Assembly: GCA_030827365.1 (NCBI GenBank)
Contig: JAUREO010000001.1
Location: forward strand, 22,312 to 86,311
DNA from: Poseidonia sp.
Lineage (GTDB): Archaea; Thermoplasmatota; Poseidoniia; Poseidoniales; Poseidoniaceae
Direction: 5' to 3'
Length of the DNA stretch: 64,000 nt
The notes beneath the pieces were generated by a model that was not told where the DNA came from, made no database searches, and worked only from the letters and a program-made list of their open reading frames with translations. Below, piece after piece: positions 17,783 through 25,752 of the stretch; position 1 is the stretch's first letter; each line of letters opens with the position of its first letter. The position numbers were made by a program, and so were the translations under genes.

Positions 17783-19417
17783 ATGAAGAAAATGGATTCG
17801 TTTGGCAAATTTATCCGTTCACATAATTGTGCTCAGTTTGGGGACTTGAGTGAATGGTGGTGGCTTCCTTACGACCAGTTAAACACTGAATTTTTACCCG
17901 ATAACAAACAGATTGGCGTGCTTTTGATTGAGAGTCTTCACAAAGGTCAATCAAAACCATATCATAAGCAAAAACTATGCCTTGTTCTATCCAACATGAG
18001 ACATTTTGCCGTAGAACTCATCGAATTAGGATACCATGTGAAGTATGTTTGTACCTCGAAATCCTATGCTGAATATCTTGAATCGATTCGTGACCAGATT
18101 TCGGTGCTTCATCTTTGCAGACCGGCTGAATTAACGCTTCGAAAAGAAATCAAACCCCTCATCGAATCGAAATTTATCCACATTCATGCACATCCAGGGT
18201 GGCTTACTCAACGAGAATGGTTTGAGTCTTCGGTTGGCTCATCACCACCATTTCGAATGGACCGTTTTTATCAACGCGTTCGCAAAGAATTGAATGTATT
18301 AATGGAAAATGGTTCACCTCTTGGTGGAAAATATAGTCACGACGCAGAGAATCGTCTTGCATGGAAAGGTGAGCCGCCCGTACCACCTCTGCCGATTTTT
18401 GATTGTGATACTATTGATGACGAGGTCGTTGCTCTCGTCGAACGGAATTTTTCATCACATCCCGGTGTAGCAAGGCTCGACATCCATCCAACGTCAACTC
18501 GAGATTTGGATAGAGCCGTACAACATGCGATTGATGTGTTGCCAAACTTTGGCCCTTTTGAGGATGCATTTTCAGAGCAGAGCCGTTCTTTGTTTCATAC
18601 CAAACTCGCCCCAGTTCTCAATCTTCATCGAATTCTTCCCCGAACAATGATGGATATTGTTTTTCAGCTCGATATGCCCCTTTCCTCAAAAGAAGGCTAT
18701 TTTCGTCAACTCATTTGGCGAGAATATGTATTTCACATCCATGATGTGACGGATGGTTTTGCCCATCTCGATGTGAAGCAATCGTTGGTGTCAAACCGAA
18801 CAGCAAGATGGAATGATGCCTCATCGGAGCCTGAATTGCATGCAAATCAATTGCAACAATCACAGCCACTGCCTCAGGCATATTGGGGTAAAAAGAGCTC
18901 ACTTCGCTGTCTTGATACTGTTGTCGAACAAGTTCTCGATGAAGCCTGGACGCATCATATCCCACGACTCATGGTGCTTTCAAACATCGCAAATTTACTC
19001 GATATTCAACCAAGAGAATTGACCGATTGGTTTCATATCGCATTCGTTGATGCCTTTGATTGGGTTGTTGAACCCAATGTTCTCGGAATGGGTACCTTTG
19101 CCCTCGGCGATGCTATGATGACCAAACCATATGTCTCAGGCTCTGCTTACATTCATCGAATGGGTGATTCATGTTCCTCCTGTGCTTTCAATCCAAAGAA
19201 AGATTGCCCCATCACTCCTCTATATTGGCAATTTTTTGAGCGTCACAAGGACGAATTTTTAGGAAATCATCGACTTGCGATGACGCTCAAAACCTTGGAG
19301 CGTAGGTCCCAAGAGCAGAAGGACAAGGATCTGCGAATCTTCAATGAAGTACAATCCCGCTTGAGCCAAGGGCTACCGCTCATTGTGAGCCTTGGTGATG
19401 TTCATCACCCTGAGTAG
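17783..19417 (+). CDS. Cryptochrome/photolyase-family protein of the FeS-BCP / prokaryotic (6-4) photolyase (PhrB/CryB) type
   Basis: Matches include HKQKLCLVLSNMRHFA, GGKYSHDAENR, HHIPRLMVLSNIANLL, DAFDWVVEPNVLGMG and KPYVSGSAYIHRMGDSCSSC...DCP. The four Cys are in the positions of the [4Fe-4S] ligands of this subfamily. Confidence 0.8.
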   Translation: MKKMDSFGKFIRSHNCAQFGDLSEWWWLPYDQLNTEFLPDNKQIGVLLIESLHKGQSKPYHKQKLCLVLSNMRHFAVELIELGYHVKYVCTSKSYAEYLESIRDQISVLHLCRPAELTLRKEIKPLIESKFIHIHAHPGWLTQREWFESSVGSSPPFRMDRFYQRVRKELNVLMENGSPLGGKYSHDAENRLAWKGEPPVPPLPIFDCDTIDDEVVALVERNFSSHPGVARLDIHPTSTRDLDRAVQHAIDVLPNFGPFEDAFSEQSRSLFHTKLAPVLNLHRILPRTMMDIVFQLDMPLSSKEGYFRQLIWREYVFHIHDVTDGFAHLDVKQSLVSNRTARWNDASSEPELHANQLQQSQPLPQAYWGKKSSLRCLDTVVEQVLDEAWTHHIPRLMVLSNIANLLDIQPRELTDWFHIAFVDAFDWVVEPNVLGMGTFALGDAMMTKPYVSGSAYIHRMGDSCSSCAFNPKKDCPITPLYWQFFERHKDEFLGNHRLAMTLKTLERRSQEQKDKDLRIFNEVQSRLSQGLPLIVSLGDVHHPE

Positions 19418-19426
19418 GCTTTGATG

Positions 19427-22174
19427 TTATTCTGTATCTTCTTCAGAAGATTCTTCGCCAGATGAATACATGTTCATCTCTTCATCCTCAGAACTACCGA
19501 CCATGCCGTACAAACCCAACACAAGAAGTGCTACACCTGCAATGTAGAAGAGCAGTGTGACGAAGTCGATGGGGTGGTCAAAGTTTGTCCAATATCCAAA
19601 GAATTCTTGATTGGTGTAAATTGCTGATTCAAGGCTATCGGCATCGCTGTCCGAAAGTTCTCCAGAGGTTTCGATGATGAACACAGGTTGTAAATCATCC
19701 ATGGTTGGAGGTGTAGCTTGGTTGCCCATCTCACGTGTGTCGAGGTAGAATGTCGACTTCGAGGTTCCACTGATGATGGCACCGCTCATGTCTTCTGCCT
19801 TCACAGTGACATCACTGCCGAAATACACCGGAAGTGCACCTGGAAGTGCATCAAGGAGTGTATCTGTTCCAAGGAGTTTGGCTTGAACTGAACGTGTGGT
19901 TGGGTCCATGGATGCTTGACAAGTTGTCACTGGGATGTCTTTGACGGTTTCAGAACCGTCTGTACAAACGAGGTCAACAACACCATATCCAGAGAGGTCA
20001 ACTTTGTCGCCATCACCTGTGATGAAGCCACCAGTTGCACCTTCGAGAGATTCGGGCGTAAGGATACCTAAAGTTCCTGTTGCCTTTTCCATGTCTCGCC
20101 ATGAGACATAGGGGCTACCGTCTTGCAAGAGCATTTCACCCTTATCACAATCTGCGTTTTCACCAGTACAAATGGTGTATTGAGTTCCATCACCATTGGC
20201 AATACCACCAGAACCGTAGTAGGTTGCATTGGTTTCAAGGCTCATCCAACCCGCACTCATGTCCATTGGGTTGCCTGTTTCAAGGTAAGCGTTGACTGGG
20301 TCATGCCATCCGAGAAGCCACTGGTTCATCTCCATAGTGATGTATGGTGTGGTGCCAAAGGAGTCCATCAAGAAGCCTGGAACAAAGTCAGCCATGATGG
20401 CATCCATGAGAATTAAACGGACCGCTCTAGCCGCATTGACATCAATTTGGTACAATGCCGCAACAGTTTCATCAGCCCAAGGCATTGGAGTATCTGGTTG
20501 CATGGTGAGGAAATTGATAGGCGGTGTTTGTCCAGCCATTTCACCGTAAATGAAGAGCGTAGCACCTGCCTGTGTGGTTAGACCGAGTGGGCCATAGAGG
20601 AGGTTTCCCGATTGTTCTGGCGTAAGTTCCACAGGTGCATTGCCGAGCATCATCCACAACCCACCGAGGTTGAGTGAGTACTCAAGGTATGTACCATCGA
20701 TTGGATTGACATTTCCAAATGAAGTGTTGACAAATTGAGACGCGGTCATTGTGCCAGTTCCACCGAGTAAGACGAGTGGAATGCTCGAAGCATCGGTGAG
20801 CCATCCACCAGCCCACATCATGACAGCACCATATTGTGCCTCATCGAGCATGTAGGTTGCCATGGCATCTGCAGGGGTCATGCCCATGAAAGCAGCGAGA
20901 CCGAAGTCATCACCATCTTCATTGGTGGCAAATAAGCCAAGGGGCATGTCAGTGCCTGTGCCGTTGAGCAGGAGATTCATCGCAATCATGTTGTCAATGG
21001 TGATGCCAAGCATGTTGTACAATCGTGCTGCAGCGTTGACGGACATACCGGTGGTGTCCATCATCCATGTTTCATCACCTGCTCCAGCCATGAGAGCACC
21101 GCCACCCACTGCAAAACACAAAGCCGCATCTCGAGCGAGCGTCGTATCAATATCTGGCATTGTTTCGGTTGCCATCGCCATAAAGCCCCAAACATTTGCA
21201 CGTTGCATCGAACCAACATTTGCAAATCCGTTGGCAGCGTCTGCCATGACTTCGTCGTACGTAGCAGTTGGATATGCCTCACAATGTCCAGCGAATGCAA
21301 GTGGACCTTGGGTGCTTAGAAGGTTGACAGAGTCGCCAGTTGGCATCATGGCACTGTTGAGTGCGTAAGATAGATTGCCAAATGCAGCACCTCCGAATAC
21401 AGTTGTGTTGTTTGAAGTTCTTGCTTGAATTTGCATTGTGGTAATATCTGTGTAAGAATAGGTCACATTCTCGTTGTTCATTCCTGACATATTCATCGCA
21501 GCGAAGTAGGCATCGAATTGCTGGTAGGCACCATTACCCCATCCTGCTGAGTAAGCTGCATCCATGGCTTCTGAACCATCGCTTGCCGCCATCACTGAAT
21601 CAATGGAAGCTGCGACCGCTTTTCCTGCTTGCATATTTTCAAGGTCGTTGGCCATGGCTTTTACGGAGAATCCGACCTTGGTAAGGTCCATGATTCCAGC
21701 CACAGCAGTACCTGTGGCACCAATGACTTGAGGCATGAAGGCAATGTTGAGGTTGGTGATTTGGGTTGTGCAATCATTTGCAGAATCAGCAGCACACTCG
21801 TAGGAAATGACTTCATTGTAGGTGAGTGTTCCAGCGGTTGAGTTGTGCTCAACGACAGTCTTTGTTGATGTGACGTCGTAGGTGAAAGGCCCAAGCATTT
21901 CATAGGTTGGGGCAACATCATCCGACATCATGGCGGCTAAATTCGTAATCGAGTAGGCGTAGAAATCTCTCGATTCGGTCGAACTTGCCCAGTCATCTTC
22001 GACATTGTCACAGTTACCGTCAGTGCAGGCATCGTCAAGAGGCTTTGTTGCTACATTCTCTTGAACTGCGTCCTCGACGGCACCCGTTGACAATGGGGCA
22101 AGAACTGCCATATTGACAACGAGTAATGCTATTCCGATAATTAATCCATTTTTACCTTGCAGGAAAGGGGTCAT
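19427..22174 (-). CDS. Two-TM (hairpin) surface protein with CD36/SR-B-family-like motifs and a large Met/Ala/Gly-rich insertion
   Basis: The N-terminal TM is LIIGIALLVVNMAVLAPL and the C-terminal TM is FVTLLFYIAGVALLVLGLYGMV, followed by an acidic tail. An ordered set of CD36-family-like motifs is present (GPFTYDV, TLTYNEVISYE, LLGWHDPV, YTICTGENADCDKGEMLL, LPVYFGS, FYLDTREMGN, PVFIIETSGEL). The family assignment is by eye only. Confidence 0.55.
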   Translation of the reverse strand: MTPFLQGKNGLIIGIALLVVNMAVLAPLSTGAVEDAVQENVATKPLDDACTDGNCDNVEDDWASSTESRDFYAYSITNLAAMMSDDVAPTYEMLGPFTYDVTSTKTVVEHNSTAGTLTYNEVISYECAADSANDCTTQITNLNIAFMPQVIGATGTAVAGIMDLTKVGFSVKAMANDLENMQAGKAVAASIDSVMAASDGSEAMDAAYSAGWGNGAYQQFDAYFAAMNMSGMNNENVTYSYTDITTMQIQARTSNNTTVFGGAAFGNLSYALNSAMMPTGDSVNLLSTQGPLAFAGHCEAYPTATYDEVMADAANGFANVGSMQRANVWGFMAMATETMPDIDTTLARDAALCFAVGGGALMAGAGDETWMMDTTGMSVNAAARLYNMLGITIDNMIAMNLLLNGTGTDMPLGLFATNEDGDDFGLAAFMGMTPADAMATYMLDEAQYGAVMMWAGGWLTDASSIPLVLLGGTGTMTASQFVNTSFGNVNPIDGTYLEYSLNLGGLWMMLGNAPVELTPEQSGNLLYGPLGLTTQAGATLFIYGEMAGQTPPINFLTMQPDTPMPWADETVAALYQIDVNAARAVRLILMDAIMADFVPGFLMDSFGTTPYITMEMNQWLLGWHDPVNAYLETGNPMDMSAGWMSLETNATYYGSGGIANGDGTQYTICTGENADCDKGEMLLQDGSPYVSWRDMEKATGTLGILTPESLEGATGGFITGDGDKVDLSGYGVVDLVCTDGSETVKDIPVTTCQASMDPTTRSVQAKLLGTDTLLDALPGALPVYFGSDVTVKAEDMSGAIISGTSKSTFYLDTREMGNQATPPTMDDLQPVFIIETSGELSDSDADSLESAIYTNQEFFGYWTNFDHPIDFVTLLFYIAGVALLVLGLYGMVGSSEDEEMNMYSSGEESSEEDTE

Positions 22175-22198
22175 AAAATCTGTTTCCTCAAGTTTAGG

Positions 22199-22210
22199 TT
22201 TTAATATTTA
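22199..22210 (-). promoter_or_regulatory. A/T-rich TATA-like box (AAATATTAAAA on the minus strand) about 25 nt upstream of the CD36-like gene ATG
   Basis: Read directly in the 89-bp gap after icmF. It suggests this gene has its own, near-leaderless promoter. Confidence 0.35.
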
Positions 22211-22263
22211 GCCCATTTTTCACCTTTAGATGTGGTAAAATGAATGATTGAATACAAATCGGC

Positions 22264-25200
22264 TCACATGTTTCGTCGATATTGTCCACCGACTTGGAAG
22301 AGTGCTGTTGTGATTTGACCAAGGCTGGCAACTTTCACGGTCTCCATCAACTCTTCAAACACATTGCCACCACTTCGTGCTACGTGTTGGAGGCGCTTGA
22401 GTGCAACATCGGTTGCGTCTCCATGGGTGTTGTGCAAACCATTTGTTCGGTCAAGGCAGGCTTGTTTCTCCTCTGGTGTTGAGCGAGCAAGTTCCATATC
22501 AAATTCATCAGCGTTGGATTCATCAAATGCTTGTGCGTTCGGGTTTTGGAAGGTGTTCACACCAATGATTGGTAGCGTTCCATCGTGTTTGAGGTGTTCG
22601 TAATACATCGATTCATCTTGAATCTTTCCTCGTTGGTACATCGTTTCCATGGCACCGAGCACACCACCACGGCGGCTGATGGCTTCGAATTCCTCAAGCA
22701 CAGCCTGTTCGACAAGGTCAGTTAATTCCTCGACGATGAACGAACCTTGCATTGGATTTTCTGTCTTGGTCCAACCACTTTCTTTGTTGACAATGAGTTG
22801 AATGGCAAGGGCACGGCGAACGCTTCCTTCCGTTGGGGTGGTGATCGCTTCATCGTAGGCATTGGTGTGAAGGGAATTGGCATTGTCTTGAATGGCGAGC
22901 AGTGCTTGAAGCGTGGTTCGAATATCATTGAAATCAATCTCTTGAGCGTGCAAACTTCGGCCACTGGTTTGAATATGATACTTGAGTTTCTGGCTACGCT
23001 CGTCTGCACCGTACAACTCTCGCATGGCAACAGCCCAAATTCGACGTGCTACACGACCAATAACGGTGTATTCTGGGTCAAGACCGTTGCTGAAGAAGAA
23101 CGAAAGATTCGGTGCAAATCTGTTGATGTCCATGCCTCGACTTTTGTAATATTCGACATAGGTGAAGCCATTGGCAAGCGTAAAAGCGAGTTGAGTAATC
23201 GGGTTTGCCCCTGCTTCAGCGATGTGATAACCTGAAATCGAAACCGAATAGTGATTCCTCACATTGTGGTCGATGTAGTACTGCTGAACATCTCCCATGA
23301 GTTTGAGGGCAAACGGAGTGGAAAAAATGCAGGTGTTCTGTGCTTGGTCCTCCTTGAGAATGTCAGCCTGCACCGTGCCACGAACGGTGGAGAGAGCCAT
23401 TGCTTTGAGTTCCGCGTACGTTTCAGCATCGACCAATTCATCACCACGGCGACCAACAGTTCCAAGGCCGAACCCGTTGTGTCCATCGGGCAAATCTCCA
23501 CGATATGCGTCTGTTGGAATATCGAGCGGTGTACCCTGCTGGGCAAGATAACGCTCCACTTGTTGGTCGATTGCGGCGTTGAGGAAAAAGGCGAGAATGA
23601 TTGGAGCAGGCCCGTTGATGGTCATGCTCACAGAGGTGTTTGGGTCACACAGGTCGAAACCAGAATACAGCCGTTTTGCATCATCGCATGAGGCGATACT
23701 GACACCAGAATTGCCAACTTTGCCCCAAATATCAGGGCGCAACGCTGGGTCTCGGCCGTACAGGGTGACCGAATCGAAAGCTGTTGACAGCCTTGCGAAA
23801 TCTTGTCCTTTGGAGAGATAGTGGAATCGGCGATTGGTTCGCTCAGCCTCACCTTCACCAGCAAACATCCTCGCTGACAATTCATCAGTTCGCTTGAATG
23901 GAAAGACACCTGCTGTGTACGGGAAGTGGCCCGGGGCATTTTCTCGACTCATCCATGTATGCAATTCACCATCATCAGCAAAGGTTGGTAACGCTACTCT
24001 TGGGATATTGGAATGGGCGAGCGACTCGGTTGTGGTTTGAACGGTAAACGGTTTTCCACGGACGTGGTAGGTGTATTCTCCTGAAGCATACTGTTGAGCG
24101 AGGTCTCGAAATGCTTGCAACTCTTTTCTTGCATCTTCAAGTTGGGAAATGAGTTCGTCAATTTGCGCTTGCAAGTCGTCTGCAACACTTCCTTGCCCCC
24201 GTTGCCTTGCATGGTTGGCAGCGGTCTCCAAGTGCTGGCAAAGGCGTAATTTCTGAGCCATCTCCTCGTTGTGCTTGTGGTATTCTCGAACAGTTGCCGA
24301 AATTTCTGCAAGGTAATTGACACGCTCTGGGGGGATGACACCCTTTGCCCCACCAAATTCATCGGTCGGCGGGGAGGCTACAAAACCAACGAGGTCGGCG
24401 ACCTTCATCCAAAGTCGGTCAACACCAGCATCGGCGAATTGGCTTGCAATCGTAGCGACCACCGGCAGTTCTTCATCGGAAATGTCGAAAAGATTTCGAT
24501 TTCGTCGAACCTGTTTTCGAATGGCTCGGAGTGCATCTTCACTCCCTCGCTTCTCAAATTTGTTGAGCACAACAACATCAGCGACATCGAGCATCTCAAT
24601 TTTTTCAAGTTGGGTGTGGGCACCGAATTCAGCCGTCATGACGTACAGGGAATGGTCAGCAACCGAGGTGATGGCATCGCTACCTTGGCCAATGCCGCTC
24701 GTTTCACAAAAGATGAGGTCGAAACCTACCGCCTTTGCTACTTCGATGGCACGGTCGAGATGTTGGCTGATTTCAGAACCCGATCCTCGGGACGCGAGAG
24801 AGCGCATGTAGAGGTCGTTGTTTGAAAGCGAATTCATTCGAATTCGGTCACCGAGCAATGCCCCACCAGTTCGCTTTCTCGTTGGGTCAACGCACAAGAG
24901 ACAGACTCGTTTTCCTGGGTTGTCACGCTGAATTCGGAGCATCAATTCATCGAGAAGGCTTGATTTTCCTGCCCCTCCTGTTCCCGTAAATCCGATGACA
25001 GGAACATCGTTTGTCGAAGAGCGACAACGCTCCAACACCTCTCGAAACGAAGCATCATCCATGGATTCGCTTAGAGTGAGAAGAAGTCCAACCTTTGCAG
25101 TGTCCATCGCGTTTACAGGACCATCGAGGCTTGCCATTCGGTCTTCACTGATGAGGTCAACTTCCGATGCTTGGCCCATCAAGTGGTGAATCATGCCCAT

Positions 25201-25614
25201 GAGCCCCATGGTTCGTCCATCATCAGGCGAGTAAATTTTTGATATTCCAGCTTGGTGAAGTGTTTTGATTTCTGGAGGGGTAATCGTCCCACCTCCACCT
25301 CCAAAGATGCGAATATGGCTGCACCCTGCTTCGTCGAGGAGTTCTCGGATGTAGGTGAAGTATTCCACGTGTCCGCCTTGATACGATGTCAGTGCTACAG
25401 CGTGGGCATCCTCTTGAATGGCGCAATCGACCACATCCTTTGCTGAACGGTCATGCCCAAGATGGATGACTTCCGCACCACTTGATTGAATGAGTCGTCG
25501 CATGACATTGATGGCTGCATCGTGACCATCGAACAATGAAGCAGCGGTTATGACACGCACAGGACCTGTGGATGTCGAAAAGGTGACATCATCACCCTGC
25601 TCATCATCGCTCAT
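22264..25614 (-). CDS. icmF: Fused isobutyryl-CoA mutase IcmF (B12-binding domain + MeaB-like GTPase + acyl-CoA mutase catalytic domain)
   Basis: The N-terminal B12 domain has the DGHD motif (SLFDGHDAAINVM). The central P-loop is GFTGTGGAGKSSL, with NKFE as the G4-like motif. The C-terminal ~600 aa is a mutase TIM-barrel domain. The first ATG downstream of the divergent promoter region is at 25614. Confidence 0.85.
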   Translation of the reverse strand: MSDDEQGDDVTFSTSTGPVRVITAASLFDGHDAAINVMRRLIQSSGAEVIHLGHDRSAKDVVDCAIQEDAHAVALTSYQGGHVEYFTYIRELLDEAGCSHIRIFGGGGGTITPPEIKTLHQAGISKIYSPDDGRTMGLMGMIHHLMGQASEVDLISEDRMASLDGPVNAMDTAKVGLLLTLSESMDDASFREVLERCRSSTNDVPVIGFTGTGGAGKSSLLDELMLRIQRDNPGKRVCLLCVDPTRKRTGGALLGDRIRMNSLSNNDLYMRSLASRGSGSEISQHLDRAIEVAKAVGFDLIFCETSGIGQGSDAITSVADHSLYVMTAEFGAHTQLEKIEMLDVADVVVLNKFEKRGSEDALRAIRKQVRRNRNLFDISDEELPVVATIASQFADAGVDRLWMKVADLVGFVASPPTDEFGGAKGVIPPERVNYLAEISATVREYHKHNEEMAQKLRLCQHLETAANHARQRGQGSVADDLQAQIDELISQLEDARKELQAFRDLAQQYASGEYTYHVRGKPFTVQTTTESLAHSNIPRVALPTFADDGELHTWMSRENAPGHFPYTAGVFPFKRTDELSARMFAGEGEAERTNRRFHYLSKGQDFARLSTAFDSVTLYGRDPALRPDIWGKVGNSGVSIASCDDAKRLYSGFDLCDPNTSVSMTINGPAPIILAFFLNAAIDQQVERYLAQQGTPLDIPTDAYRGDLPDGHNGFGLGTVGRRGDELVDAETYAELKAMALSTVRGTVQADILKEDQAQNTCIFSTPFALKLMGDVQQYYIDHNVRNHYSVSISGYHIAEAGANPITQLAFTLANGFTYVEYYKSRGMDINRFAPNLSFFFSNGLDPEYTVIGRVARRIWAVAMRELYGADERSQKLKYHIQTSGRSLHAQEIDFNDIRTTLQALLAIQDNANSLHTNAYDEAITTPTEGSVRRALAIQLIVNKESGWTKTENPMQGSFIVEELTDLVEQAVLEEFEAISRRGGVLGAMETMYQRGKIQDESMYYEHLKHDGTLPIIGVNTFQNPNAQAFDESNADEFDMELARSTPEEKQACLDRTNGLHNTHGDATDVALKRLQHVARSGGNVFEELMETVKVASLGQITTALFQVGGQYRRNM

Positions 25615-25752
25615 GCCCTTCCCATTATGTAATGGTTCATGAAATACACCTTTTCTTCCAATACACAATGTTTGCAATCATGGAGGAAACCCAATCCCAA
25701 TTTCTTCACGTTTAACAACTTGATACCGCGCCGACAAGATTGGGGGATTCCA

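Noticed and set aside
20862-21368. 168-aa plus-strand ORF antisense to the CD36-like gene
   Set aside because: It is an Ala/Ser/Pro-rich mirror of the Met/Ala/Gly-rich insertion and is nested entirely in the long minus-strand ORF.
24271-24825. Two ~165-185-aa plus-strand ORFs inside icmF
   Set aside because: They are antisense to the MeaB-like GTPase segment, which has clear P-loop motifs. They have no features of their own.
25615-25752. Overlapping 5' extensions of icmF (to 25677) and the ABC-F gene (from 25639)
   Set aside because: The extensions are mutually overlapping on opposite strands. The conserved domains begin right after the internal ATGs at 25614 and 25753.
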